A DNA stretch of 64,000 nt from an uncultured delta proteobacterium (GCA_963842085.1 CAWJET010000001.1:960001-1024000), one strand, 5' to 3'. Counted from the first letter of the stretch, positions 1 through 10,697 are shown. Notes: a model not told the origin generated them from the sequence alone. Numbers and translations are program-made.

Positions 1-33
1 GTCCCGTATCTCGTCGAGACAGGGGGATCCATC

Positions 34-531
34 GTGCTAAGGAGAGCAGCAATCGGATTTATGTCCCTGTTGTGGTTCGTTACCTGTGCTCCAATCAACT
101 CATTGGCGGACGACCTGTTCATCTATCCGACCAAAAATCAGAGCGCCGAACAGCAAGACAAGGATAAGTGGGAATGCCGCGCCTGGGCGACCAAGCAGAC
201 CGGGTTCGATCCTGCGGCGCGCATGACCGCTTCGAGTCCGCCCCCTACACGCCAAGCGCCGAAAGCCGGCTTGGTGCGCGGCGCTGCGGGCGGTGCCGCA
301 CTCGGTGCAGTTGGGGGCGCAATTGCGGGAAATGCCGGAAAAGGAGCTCTGATCGGCGCGGCTGGAGGAGGATTGATCGGTACGGTGCGACGTAATGACC
401 AGATTCGACAGGAGGAGCATGCGCATCAACAATGGGCGCAGCAGAACGTCGCTCAGTACGAGCAGAATCGATCTAGTTGGGTTCGTGCCGTAAAAGCGTG
501 TCTTACAGGTCGAGGATATACGGTTCAATAG
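34..531 (+). CDS. Exported glycine-zipper protein
   Basis: Signal peptide; YP..Q+.EQQ.KD..EC..WA..QTGFDP motif; GAAGGAALGAVGGAIAG glycine zipper; C-terminal ACL.GRGYTV. Confidence 0.8.
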   Translation: MLRRAAIGFMSLLWFVTCAPINSLADDLFIYPTKNQSAEQQDKDKWECRAWATKQTGFDPAARMTASSPPPTRQAPKAGLVRGAAGGAALGAVGGAIAGNAGKGALIGAAGGGLIGTVRRNDQIRQEEHAHQQWAQQNVAQYEQNRSSWVRAVKACLTGRGYTVQ

Positions 532-602
532 TGGAAGACGTACGCAATAAACTGCGATTTGACTATGCATTCGAGCAGTCGAAAGGCAGGAGGAGGTCGC
601 TG

Positions 603-1190
603 ATGAAATACATAACGGTGATCGCTGTATGCATCGCACTCAACGTCACCTGTGCACGATTCGCAGTGGCAGCTGATCAGCCGCAAGCCGGGTCAACCGC
701 AGGTACCGGGGAGTCGGCACCTTCAGGTGATGAACTTCACTTTGTCAGCGTGCTGACGTTTCAGGGCGAAATTGTGGCCGTTGAACCGGCGAAACGACTC
801 GTCACGCTAAAGGGTCCGAACGGGGAGGTCTTGACGCTCGAAGCGGAGAAGGAGGAGGACCTGGCTGCGCGCAAGGTCGGCGATCGTGTACTGGTTCGAT
901 ACTTCGAGGGCGCTCAAGTTGCTAAGGAGAAGCCGGGAGAAGCGGCTCCGGTCCATCCGTTGAAAGATGGGATGATCGCCGCCGAGCCTGGCGAACCCAC
1001 CGGTGCAATAGCCGCGTCGGCAGAACGGGTCGATGCAGGGAACCAGGAGATCACGCTCAAGGGAGAGGATGGCAGCCTCGAGACGATCATGGTTTCCAAT
1101 CCCGAGCACCTCTCTGATGTCAAGGTCGGCGATCGGGTCTTGATCACGCAGCCTCAGGGGCTGGCCTTGTCGGTCGAGAGCGAAGGCTGA
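603..1190 (+). CDS. Exported hypothetical protein with two repeated OB-fold-like units
   Basis: ATG 603 after AGGAGG; signal peptide; duplicated TLKG..G....L / KVGDRV motif. Confidence 0.75.
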   Translation: MKYITVIAVCIALNVTCARFAVAADQPQAGSTAGTGESAPSGDELHFVSVLTFQGEIVAVEPAKRLVTLKGPNGEVLTLEAEKEEDLAARKVGDRVLVRYFEGAQVAKEKPGEAAPVHPLKDGMIAAEPGEPTGAIAASAERVDAGNQEITLKGEDGSLETIMVSNPEHLSDVKVGDRVLITQPQGLALSVESEG

Positions 1191-1442
1191 TCACGCCGAA
1201 TACGCTTCGGCGAGTAAGAACAATGGAAGATGGGCAATTGGGTTGCAGTAATTATCGCTTCGCGACTTTCGTGAGAACCTTGAATTGCGCAGATGCTACG
1301 TGCTGCTTGGGCTCTTACAAGAAAACCAAACTAATAATGTCGGGACGGCTGTCGGAGGCCTCCGGCAATCAAAGCGGTCGAGTAGAGAAGGTTTCTGGCT
1401 TTGATGTTAGTGCGCGCGAATTCCCGCAAGTCCAGCCTGAGC

Positions 1443-2315
1443 ATGAAGGCATCCCTCGTGCCGGCTCTGGCTCTGGTGGTTTGGAGCTTTGGTGCCGAGT
1501 GCCTGGCCCAGCAGACGACAGGGCCGAGCACCGCCCTCGCGGAGAGCCTGAGCGAGGAGGTTAACGACCCTACTGCCACGCTCACCCAGGCCCAGATCCA
1601 GGAGTTTTTCAGCCCGTCTGAGTTCGGCACGAACGCTCAGCCCAACACTCTGCAGGGCAGATTCATCCTTGCGGTTCTTCCACACGCCCCATTGAATCTT
1701 GCACAGATTGTGAGACCCACTTTTTCGCTGGTGACCATCCCTCAGAATAGGGGAGCTTCAACACGGACCGAATTTGGCGACCTCCAACTTTTGGATCTTT
1801 TTGTAATGCCACGGTGGATGACCGAAGGGATCGATTTGAGGTGGGCCCTGGGCCCGTACTGCGTCTTCCCAACCGCAAGTTCGAGCTCGGCCGGGCGAGG
1901 CGCGTGGCAGGCCGGTCCCGCCGCAGCATTCAGGTACCGTCCGATTCCTGGGTTGCTGATTTCGGGGCTCATGCAGCAGGCGACTTCGTTCGCTTATACG
2001 TCTCCACAGCGAACCCCAATCACTCGGTTAACCTTTCAGCCAATGCTCAGTTACCAGCTGGGGCGTGGCTGGTACATGAGATCGAGCGAGGCGATTTGGA
2101 GCTTTAATCTGCGTGACGCGACCTCGACCACAATTCCGCTTAGCGCCGGGTTCGGGAAGGTGTGGAACCTTTCCAGCGGTGAGGCAATCAACAGCTCGAT
2201 TGCCGCCTCGTACACGCGCGCAATTTGGGCACTTCCCCGGAGAATCCTCAAACCTGAGACTCGATGGCGGGTGATGCAGTCTGATGCGAACTGCTCTCCG
2301 CGTCAAATTCCCTGA
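1443..2315 (+). CDS. Outer-membrane beta-barrel-like protein ('neuromedin U'/transporter family), C-terminus probably truncated or replaced
   Basis: Signal peptide; NDPTA, RPTF, FGDLQL, GP...FPTAS, GPAA, FQP, IPL..GFGKV motifs; the tail after about 2200 reads through a non-coding repeat element. Confidence 0.65.
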   Translation: MKASLVPALALVVWSFGAECLAQQTTGPSTALAESLSEEVNDPTATLTQAQIQEFFSPSEFGTNAQPNTLQGRFILAVLPHAPLNLAQIVRPTFSLVTIPQNRGASTRTEFGDLQLLDLFVMPRWMTEGIDLRWALGPYCVFPTASSSSAGRGAWQAGPAAAFRYRPIPGLLISGLMQQATSFAYTSPQRTPITRLTFQPMLSYQLGRGWYMRSSEAIWSFNLRDATSTTIPLSAGFGKVWNLSSGEAINSSIAASYTRAIWALPRRILKPETRWRVMQSDANCSPRQIP

Positions 2316-2500
2316 TCATCAGGGAAAATACAGGGAATTTTCGCGATTTCAGCTGTCTCGGGGTCGATTGGAACCGGGAAAGGCCTTGTCTGCTCTGGGG
2401 TTTTTATCGAAATTCTCTACTCAACCGAACAGGGAATTATTTTCGCGTAACAGGGAATTTAATCGGCGTATCAGGCAATTTTCTTCGGAGAACAGGGAAA
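2265..2500. repeat. Phased CAGGGAATT array plus palindrome, probable mobile-element end
   Basis: Palindrome TTCCCTGATCATCAGGGAA at 2308-2326; motif copies at 2331, 2430, 2451, 2472 and 2493 (last four in 21-bp phase). Confidence 0.7.
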
Positions 2501-2697
2501 CCGCTTTGAGGGACATTCGACGGGGTAAAACCGGGCGACGGAGAGACAGCTCTATTCGTCAATCTGCCAAACATTTGACACCCAAGCGACGGATGACAAA
2601 GGGGTGGTGACGCATGGTGGCCGGATGCGGGTATCGATTGGAAAGGCGTTATTTCTGGTACGCCGACCCAATCGATCGGTCGCGGTCTCTTTCGCGG

Positions 2698-3846
2698 ATC
2701 AGGTTTTGAGGAGCCACAGGGGACCCTGGTCGGAATGACGCGGGCGAGTTCAAAGCCGCTCTTTTCCAGCAAGGAGCGAAACTCACCCACGGTACGTTCT
2801 CTTCCACCATCGCTCACGGCCAGCATGTGCAAGTCCAGGATGCGTCCGAATCGATCTGGAAAATTTCTTTCGTTCGACATAACGATATCCATCAGCACCA
2901 GTTTCCCGGATGGCTCTAGCAGGTTGCGGAAAAACTCAATGAAAGACGATTTCGGCGAAGAGTAAGCATTACTACGATCACGAGAATGCGTCTTGGATCA
3001 ATGTCATCAGGAGTCAAAAACCCTTTTTCCGCAACCTGCTAGTGCACGGCGGCAGTTGCTCAGGATCTGCAGGGACTTTTCATCGTTCCAGTCGTGGATG
3101 ACTTGGGATAGGAAATAGAGATCACCACCCTGCGGAACGGTGTCGAAAAAGCTCCCCGCTATGAACTCGCATCGGCCGGAAAGACCGTTCCTGGCGAAGG
3201 TCGCGCGCGCGCCGGCTTCAACGTGCGGCAGATCGAATACGACGCCGCGTATCGACGGGTAACTTTTCAAAACGCCGGCAAGAATCCTGCCGTATCCTCC
3301 GCCCACATCAACTATCTTCGCCACTCCGGCAAAGTCGTATGATTCGGCGAGGGAGGCCGAAAGGCCCGCGCCGTATGAAACCATCGCACGGTCGAAGTCG
3401 GCAGCCACTTCCGGATGCTTCGAGAAATATTCAAAGACCTGGCAACCAAAGACCCTCGGAAACGCAGGCTCTCCGAACCGGATGCTGTGATCGAATTCCG
3501 CCCACCCGCGATAGAGCTCTCCTGCCATCGCAACGCTCCAGTCGCGCAACGACTCTGGATGATCGGCACGCAGAAATTCGGCGGCCGGCGTGAGCACGAA
3601 CGTGCCGTCCTCCTGCTCGGCGAAGATGCCCTGTGCGGCGAGTGCGCGCAAAAGCCGCTCCAAGCTTGGTTCGTCCGTCTTGGTGAGCCGCGCGAGCTCG
3701 GAGGCTCCTCGCGGGCCATCGCGCAAAAGGTCGGCAATCCCTAAACGCGCAGCAGAAGCGAGGGCCTGCGAGATGCAGTAGCCCAAAATGAGTTCGCGTA
3801 TCTTTAGCGCAGCAGCCGATGAGAGAGTCGTGTCCATGCGAAACAC
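2698..3846 (-). pseudogene. SAM-dependent O-methyltransferase (family 2) interrupted by a MITE
   Basis: VDVGGGYG, FDLP, GSFF, IHDW motifs in 3007-3846; C-terminal LDLHML..GGRERT continues below 2919; removing the insert restores RRALEPSGKLVLMD. Confidence 0.9.
2920..3038. mobile_element. 119-bp MITE with 15-bp TIRs and CTAG target duplication
   Basis: CAGGTTGCGGAAAAA (2920-2934) / TTTTTCCGCAACCTG (3024-3038); CTAG at 2916-2919 and 3039-3042. Confidence 0.92.
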
Positions 3847-3944
3847 TCCTAAGCTAACGCTTGCGCGGGGCCCTGGTTGTGGCCACGAACCCCGCGCGGT
3901 CGGAACAAAACCAAGGCCAGATCAACCGGCTTCTTGACCTTCTT

Positions 3945-4177
3945 AGCTTATACCCCATCTTGATAAGACGACCGGCATTCCGGCTTTGCGAATCGATACC
4001 AGCGCACTGGCGCTGGGTTGGATGGCTCTCCGGATGATCTCAATATCCAACCCAGCGCGGTCGAACATGCCGCGACGCGTGGCAAAGTCATTCTGCATGT
4101 CTACAACCAGCGCCGCGGTTTCGCGCGAGATCTAGTTGAATGGGAGCCGGCCGCGCGTCGAGCATTAATGGTTTCAT
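3945..4177 (-). pseudogene. Truncated, frameshifted isochorismatase/cysteine hydrolase (RutB-like) N-terminus
   Basis: MKPLMLDARPAPIQLDLAR, frameshift, TAALVVDMQNDFATRRGMFDRAGLDI...IRKAGMPVV, frameshift, IKMGYK; VVDMQNDF is the family motif. Confidence 0.8.
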
Positions 4178-4469
4178 AGGGTGTCTCTCTCGTCCTTGGG
4201 GGGGCTCGATCGCTTACTCGACCCGCGACCGATTCGGCAATCAAATGACACACCAGATCACCGCGATGGTACTACTCGTAAGCGACGTGGGTCCTCGTCC
4301 TTGGCTATTGACTATCTGCGGAGCGCCGATAGGGCAAACCCAAAACGCTGATCGAATTGAGTAGCGGTTGTATAGTCATTTAGGCCGCTTGTTTTCGATT
4401 ATCAAGTCCACGATTAATTGAAACATCATACTCTTTCGTAAAGCTGCTGAGTACCAATTCGTGCGCCCC

Positions 4470-5771
4470 TGTCCCTACCAAAAAGCTCCGAAAGCGTTGA
4501 AAAGTCTGGTGATTTATTTCGGTCGGCCGTAGTGTCGCCGGCATGCACTCACTCTTCTCGGAACTCTTCTCATGGCTCACCTGTCGGTTTCGCGGCCGCG
4601 TAGAATTGGAGCTCGAGGTCATAGCGCTCCGCCATCAACTCGCCGTCCTGCGCCGCCAGCGGCCCGGACGCACTCAGCTTTTCGCGATTGATCGCCTAAT
4701 TTGGGTCTGGCTCTACCGGCTGTGGCCGCGATTCCTGGAGGCGATGGTGTTGGTCAAGCCGGCAACGGTAATCAAGTGGCACCGTCAGGGCTTCCGGCTG
4801 TTTTGGCGATGGCGCTCGAGATCAGGGCGACCCTCAGTAGCTCGCGAGGTTCGCGATCTGATTCGGCAGATGAGCAGCGCGAACCCACTCTGGGGTGCGC
4901 CCCGGATCCACGGCGAGCTGCGCAAGCTCGGCATCGAAGTCAGCCATGCGACCGTTGCGAAGTATATGGTGCGAAGGCGGGGAACACCTTCTCAGAACTG
5001 GCGGACTTTCCTGCGGAATCACACCGAAGGAATCGCCGCCATCGACATGTTCGTTGTAGCATCCGCTTCGTTTCGGCTGCTCTACGTCGTGATCGTTCTG
5101 GCCCACGATCGCAGGAAGATCATACGCACAGGTGTCACTGAGCATCCGACCGCGGCTTGGATCTCGCGGCAGGTAACCGATGCATTCCCATGGGGCACGG
5201 CGCCCCGGTATCTGCTGCGAGACCGCGACGCATCGTATGGCTCGGAGTTTCGCCGCCGAGTCGAAGCAATGAACATCACGGAAGTCATCACGGCACCGCG
5301 ATCACCTTGGCAGAACGCTTACGTCGAGCGAGTGATCGGATCGATACGGCGCGAGTGTCTCGATCACCTCGTGATCTTCAACGAGCATCATCTGCGGCGC
5401 GTCATGTCTTCGTACGTCGACTACTACCAATGCACCCGCACGCATCTTTCGCTCGACAAGGATTGTCCCGACTCTCGGCCGATTCAGCATCGCAGCGCCG
5501 GAAGAGTCGTCGCCATTCCAAAAGTCGGTGGCTTGCATCATCGCTACGAACGTCTCGCCGCTTGATTCGTCTCGACTCCTGCTCACCAATCGTTGCGCGG
5601 GCTGCCGCACAACGTCGTCTGAGGCTCTATGCATCGGAGGGTTTTTCGATCTCGAAGAGGGGACCAGCCGTTTGTGGTGCAGATCGCAGTCCATCATTTG
5701 AGCGCATCCTTTTGATAGCAATTGTCTCTGCCGCTCGAATTCCGATTCAGACGGAATTTTTGGCAGGGACA
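4470..5771 (+). mobile_element. Insertion sequence of about 1.3 kb, TGT...ACA ends, rve integrase-type
   Basis: TIRs TGTCCCTACCAAAAAGCTCCG (4470-4490) and the reverse complement of TGTCCCTGCCAAAAATTCCG (5752-5771); no clear TSD. Confidence 0.88.
4543..5565 (+). CDS. Transposase, integrase core (DDE) domain
   Basis: NPLWGAPRIHGEL HTH; AIDMF, LRDRD, PWQNAYVERVIGSIRRECLD; GGLHHRYER end. Confidence 0.95.
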   Translation: MHSLFSELFSWLTCRFRGRVELELEVIALRHQLAVLRRQRPGRTQLFAIDRLIWVWLYRLWPRFLEAMVLVKPATVIKWHRQGFRLFWRWRSRSGRPSVAREVRDLIRQMSSANPLWGAPRIHGELRKLGIEVSHATVAKYMVRRRGTPSQNWRTFLRNHTEGIAAIDMFVVASASFRLLYVVIVLAHDRRKIIRTGVTEHPTAAWISRQVTDAFPWGTAPRYLLRDRDASYGSEFRRRVEAMNITEVITAPRSPWQNAYVERVIGSIRRECLDHLVIFNEHHLRRVMSSYVDYYQCTRTHLSLDKDCPDSRPIQHRSAGRVVAIPKVGGLHHRYERLAA

Positions 5772-5779
5772 GGGTCGAA

Positions 5780-6655
5780 TCATTGCCAGCGTCGCGGCGC
5801 CGTGACGAGCCTATGGACGCCGAGCGCGTCGCACCAGCGCTCGAATTGCGCGCGCGGCACACCGCCGAACTTCAGGTCGTCGAGCAAGGCCTCGAGCGGG
5901 ACCGTGTCGATCAGCGTTGCCAGCTTGCGGTAGAGGAAAGCTTCGTCGCGCCTTTCGACGAGTGTCGCCCCGAGCTGGAGCGCGCCGCGTGGCTTGACCT
6001 TCCACTGGGATGCATCAGCGGGAATCCGTTCGAGATGTTCGTAGGCGCCGATCAGCATGGCCGCGCTTTTCTTGCCGAAGCCGGGCAGTCCGGGAAAACC
6101 GTCAGCACTGTCGCCCGTCAGCGCCAGGAAGTCGGGCATGCTGTCGGGTCCGAAGCCGCGCTCGGCGCGAAAGGCCGACTCGTTCGTCACTTTTTTCTGG
6201 CGCCGATCGACCTGCACCACCCGGTCGCGCTGTAAGCACTGGCCGAGATCCTTGTCCGGCGTGAGAATTCGCACCTGCTCGACCTCTTCGCGAAACCGGC
6301 GAGCACCGCTGGCGAGTCCATCATCGGCCTCGTACTCGCGCATCGGCCACACCGTCACGCCGATCGAACGGACCGCGTCTTCGGCCGCGTCGAACTGAAC
6401 GCGCAGCTCGGGCGGAACACCCTCATCACTCTTGTATGGCGGATACAGGTCGTTGCGGAACGAACGAATCGGGTTGTCGAACGCCACCGCAATGTGCGTC
6501 ACCGCCTCATCCGTGTCATGGAGCAGCGCCAGAATCGACTCGACGATGCCGACTGTAGCCTTGGCATCCGCGCCTGATGGATCGCGGTGAGCGGGGCGCG
6601 GCGAATAGTGCGCGCGATAGAGCTCGTAGGTCCCGTCGACGAGATGCAGCCTCAC
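5780..6655 (-). CDS. 5'-3' exonuclease / flap endonuclease (PolA N-terminal-like)
   Basis: LVDG, AFD, FRNDLYPPYK, EADD, DKDL, ALTGDSADGFPGLPGFGKK (H3TH). Confidence 0.93.
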   Translation of the reverse strand: MRLHLVDGTYELYRAHYSPRPAHRDPSGADAKATVGIVESILALLHDTDEAVTHIAVAFDNPIRSFRNDLYPPYKSDEGVPPELRVQFDAAEDAVRSIGVTVWPMREYEADDGLASGARRFREEVEQVRILTPDKDLGQCLQRDRVVQVDRRQKKVTNESAFRAERGFGPDSMPDFLALTGDSADGFPGLPGFGKKSAAMLIGAYEHLERIPADASQWKVKPRGALQLGATLVERRDEAFLYRKLATLIDTVPLEALLDDLKFGGVPRAQFERWCDALGVHRLVTAPRRWQ

Positions 6656-6719
6656 GCCGCGACAATAGCACTTGGCGGGCTGTGCGAGGGGGAAGCGAAC
6701 TTGCGTGTGGAATTAGAGC

Positions 6720-6748
6720 TTGACGGTAGGTTTGCAAGTAGATAACTT
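6720..6748 (+). promoter_or_regulatory. sigma70-type promoter of the peroxiredoxin gene
   Basis: TTGACG-17 bp-TAACTT, overlapping an AT-rich ATAA...TTAT box at 6742-6764. Confidence 0.5.
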
Positions 6749-6850
6749 AGTTAGTCTTATTTATCATCTTAACCGAAATGGGCATCGCCGTGACGTCTTC
6801 ACGGAGGTGACCCAGAGAGAAGAAAAAACATCAAGAGGCAGGCAACGAAT

Positions 6851-7489
6851 ATGGCACTTCACATTGGAAGCGTGGCGCCGGATTTTACGCAGGAATCGAC
6901 CGAGGGACCGATCCATTTTCATCAATGGATTGGCGACAAGTGGGCCATTCTATTTTCGCATCCCAAGGACTTCACCCCCGTCTGCACGACCGAGCTCGGC
7001 ACGGTGGCTAAGCTCAAGAGCGAGTTCGACAAGCGCAACATCAAGGCGATCGGAGTGAGCGTCGACGACGTGCCGTCGCACAAGAAGTGGGTCGGCGATA
7101 TCGAGGAGACGCAGCACACCAAGATGAACTTCCCGATTCTCGGCGATTCGGACAAGAAGGTCTCCAAGCTCTATGACATGATTCATCCCGAGTGGAACGA
7201 CACGTTGACGGTACGCTCGGTCTTCGTGATCGACAATAACAAGAAAATCCGCCTGACGCTGACCTACCCTGCAAGCACCGGGCGCAATTTTCAGGAGATC
7301 CTGCGCGCGATCGACTCGCTGCAGCTCACCGACAAGTACCAGGTGGCGACCCCGGCCGACTGGAAGAAGGGCGAGGATTGCATAATCGTGCCGGCGCTGC
7401 AGGACGAGAAGGTTCTCAAGGAAAAATTCCCCAAGGGCTACAAGGTAGTGAAGCCTTACCTGCGGATCACGCCCGACCCGAGCAAATAA
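6851..7489 (+). CDS. 1-Cys peroxiredoxin (Prx6)
   Basis: FSHPKDFTPVCTTE, TVRSVF, YPASTGRNF, VATPADW. Confidence 0.97.
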   Translation: MALHIGSVAPDFTQESTEGPIHFHQWIGDKWAILFSHPKDFTPVCTTELGTVAKLKSEFDKRNIKAIGVSVDDVPSHKKWVGDIEETQHTKMNFPILGDSDKKVSKLYDMIHPEWNDTLTVRSVFVIDNNKKIRLTLTYPASTGRNFQEILRAIDSLQLTDKYQVATPADWKKGEDCIIVPALQDEKVLKEKFPKGYKVVKPYLRITPDPSK

Positions 7490-7503
7490 GGGCGTCGCGC
7501 GGA

Positions 7504-7535
7504 GCAGGGGTGACCCCTGCACTCAGTATCAAGAA
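7504..7535. repeat. Dispersed palindromic repeat, motif B
   Basis: GCAGGGGTGACCCCTGCACTCAGTATCAAGAA; 31/32 identical to 48770-48801. Confidence 0.8.
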
Positions 7536-7536
7536 C

Positions 7537-7570
7537 AGCGGCTCTCCTGGCGGAGAGCCGCTTTCGTTCT
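7537..7570 (+). terminator. Intrinsic terminator after prx
   Basis: AGCGGCTCTCC-tggc-GGAGAGCCGCT stem followed by a T-rich run. Confidence 0.75.
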
Positions 7571-7643
7571 CACTTTCACTATTTGCGATTAGGCGCTCGT
7601 GATTTTAGTGGCATGGAGCGCGCGGCTGCGGAGCGCCACCGTG

Positions 7644-7662
7644 GAAACCCACCGCGGGTTTC
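7644..7662. repeat. Dispersed palindromic repeat, motif A
   Basis: GAAACCCACCGCGGGTTTC; related copies at 12883 and 51608. Confidence 0.65.
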
Positions 7663-7717
7663 GCGTTTGAATCGATTGATTTTCCTTTCCCCTACTACAT
7701 CTGCCGGCGCTCATGCG

Positions 7718-7746
7718 TTGACACGAGGCGCGGCGCGCCGGACAAT
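7718..7746 (+). promoter_or_regulatory. sigma70 promoter, probably giving a leaderless or near-leaderless rpoZ mRNA
   Basis: TTGACA-17 bp-GACAAT, 9 nt before the ATG; no SD. Confidence 0.6.
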
Positions 7747-7755
7747 TGACGCCTA

Positions 7756-7950
7756 ATGGCACGAATTACCGTTGAAGATTGCCTGGAAAAAATTCCCAAC
7801 CGCTTCGAGCTGGTGCTCGGCGCGGCGCGCCGCGCCAAACAATTGCTCAAGGGCGCGCGGCCGCTGGTGGAATCGGACAACAAAGAAGTAGTGACGGCGT
7901 TGCGCGAAATCGCCGCCGGCAAGGTCACGATCGAAGAACCCGAAACCTGA
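7756..7950 (+). CDS. rpoZ: RNA polymerase omega subunit
   Basis: [36 protein letters not shown]. Confidence 0.97.
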   Translation: MARITVEDCLEKIPNRFELVLGAARRAKQLLKGARPLVESDNKEVVTALREIAAGKVTIEEPET

Positions 7951-8057
7951 CCGGGCACGATCGAGCCGACAAGAACCGACACCGCTGCTCGCCGCCGACG
8001 GCTCGAGCATCGGTGTCCCTATTCCGTGCCAACATGTCGTGAAGCTGGAGCGATCCC

Positions 8058-9191
<1,134 letters not shown>

Positions 9192-9277
9192 CTTTCGCCA
9201 GTTTACCCCATTGCCGCTGATAGCCGCCGCTTGCGATAATGTCGATTGAGGCGGAGGCGCAAGGAGACTGCAATCGA

Positions 9278-10009
9278 ATGCGAGAACGCAGTTGCGCGCT
9301 GGTGGTGGTGGGTAACGAAATCCTTTCCGGCAAGGTACAGGACTCGAACGCGTATTTCGCGGCGCGCGAGCTGCGCAAGATTGGCGTCGCGCTGTCGCGT
9401 ATCGCAACCATCCCCGACGAGCTGGCGCTGATCGCGGGCGAAGTCGCGTATTGCTCGCGCAACTTCGATTTCGTGATCACGTCGGGCGGCGTCGGCCCGA
9501 CGCATGACGATCTCACGATGGAAGGGGTCGCGCGCGCGTTCAACCGGCGCCTGGTGATCAATCCCGAACTGGAGCGTCTCATCCGCGAACATTTCCGCGA
9601 GCGCTCGCTCGACGCCGGCCTCAAGATGGCTGAAGTGCCTGAGGGCGCTGTGCTTAATGAGGCGGGCGACATCCGGTTTCCGACCGTGCAGATCGAAAAT
9701 GTGTACGTGCTGCCCGGAATTCCGCAACTGTTCGAGGCCAAGCTGCGGGCGCTCAGCAGCCGCTTTGCGACCGATCCGTATTTCATGCGCGCGATTTACC
9801 TGACGGCAGGCGAAGGCACGATCGCCGGGCACCTGAATGACTGCATGCGCAATTTTCCCGAGTTGATGCTGGGTTCGTATCCGCGGATCGGAGACCCCGA
9901 CTACCGCGTAAAGTTAACGCTCGAGTCCAAGAACGCTGACTACCTCGAGCGCGCGTTTCGTCATCTGATGGGGCTGTTGCCGGCCGAGGCGGTGGTCAGG
10001 ACGGAGTAG
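9278..10009 (+). CDS. Molybdopterin-binding / CinA N-terminal domain protein
   Basis: VGNEILSGKVQDSN, TSGGVGPTHDDLT, LPGIP. Confidence 0.9.
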   Translation: MRERSCALVVVGNEILSGKVQDSNAYFAARELRKIGVALSRIATIPDELALIAGEVAYCSRNFDFVITSGGVGPTHDDLTMEGVARAFNRRLVINPELERLIREHFRERSLDAGLKMAEVPEGAVLNEAGDIRFPTVQIENVYVLPGIPQLFEAKLRALSSRFATDPYFMRAIYLTAGEGTIAGHLNDCMRNFPELMLGSYPRIGDPDYRVKLTLESKNADYLERAFRHLMGLLPAEAVVRTE

Positions 10010-10042
10010 CAATTTATGCCCGAGGTGGTGGAGGAGGAAATC

Positions 10043-10642
10043 ATGAGGAAAGGAAGCTTAAGATTCGCGTTGATCGCAATCGGATTGTCGGTGATGCTGG
10101 CGATGCCGGCCGGTCCGCTCGCTGAGTACGCCGCCGCGCAGACGCAGCCCGCCGGCGCGGCGACGCCGACGCAGGTCCCGCAGCCGCCGGACAATAGCGT
10201 CAACTGGCCGGGCGCAGGTTACGGCGCAGGCGCCCTGCTCTGCAACGTTCTCTACATCCCGGCCAAGCTGGTTTACGCGCTGCTCGGCGGTATCGTTGGC
10301 GGCGGAACATATCTGATAACTGCCGGCAATTCGCAGGCCGCCAACACCGTGTGGCGCAGCGCACTCGGCGGCGACTACGTCGTGACGCCGCAAATGCTCG
10401 CGGGCCAGCAGCCAATCAACTTCAGCGGGCCAACCGACACTCCGCCTGTCGCTCCGGCGCCCGTGACGAGCTCGTCGTCGGGCACGACGACGACTGCGAG
10501 TTCGGGCGGCGTCGCGCCGATAACGCCGCTGCCGGCGTCGGGCACGTCCGCGACCGCATCGTCGTCGACGGCAGCCGGGCAGCCGCTGGATCACGGCAGC
10601 GGTCCGGCGGGCGGAACGGCGTCGGGATCGAATATCGAGTAG
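10043..10642 (+). CDS. Exported/membrane hypothetical protein with S/T/A/P-rich tail
   Basis: GGAGG RBS; signal peptide; NVLYIPAKLVYA..GG..GGDYVVTP core. Confidence 0.75.
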   Translation: MRKGSLRFALIAIGLSVMLAMPAGPLAEYAAAQTQPAGAATPTQVPQPPDNSVNWPGAGYGAGALLCNVLYIPAKLVYALLGGIVGGGTYLITAGNSQAANTVWRSALGGDYVVTPQMLAGQQPINFSGPTDTPPVAPAPVTSSSSGTTTTASSGGVAPITPLPASGTSATASSSTAAGQPLDHGSGPAGGTASGSNIE

Positions 10643-10697
10643 CAGGGTCAGGCGCCTTGAAATCGGGAGCTTCGCGAGTTAGGCGAGCGGCCCGTTT

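Noticed and set aside
2265-2300. tRNA-like start TGGCGG...CGAAC
   Set aside because: No cloverleaf can be formed; at most an att-like remnant.
3860-3948. Short KKVKKPVDLALVLF reading plus hairpin before the methyltransferase as a RiPP precursor remnant
   Set aside because: No start or stop codon bounds it and no modifying-enzyme cluster is present.
4010-4057. 14-bp inverted repeat as an ncRNA or terminator
   Set aside because: Lies within the RutB-like pseudogene coding sequence; no U tract.
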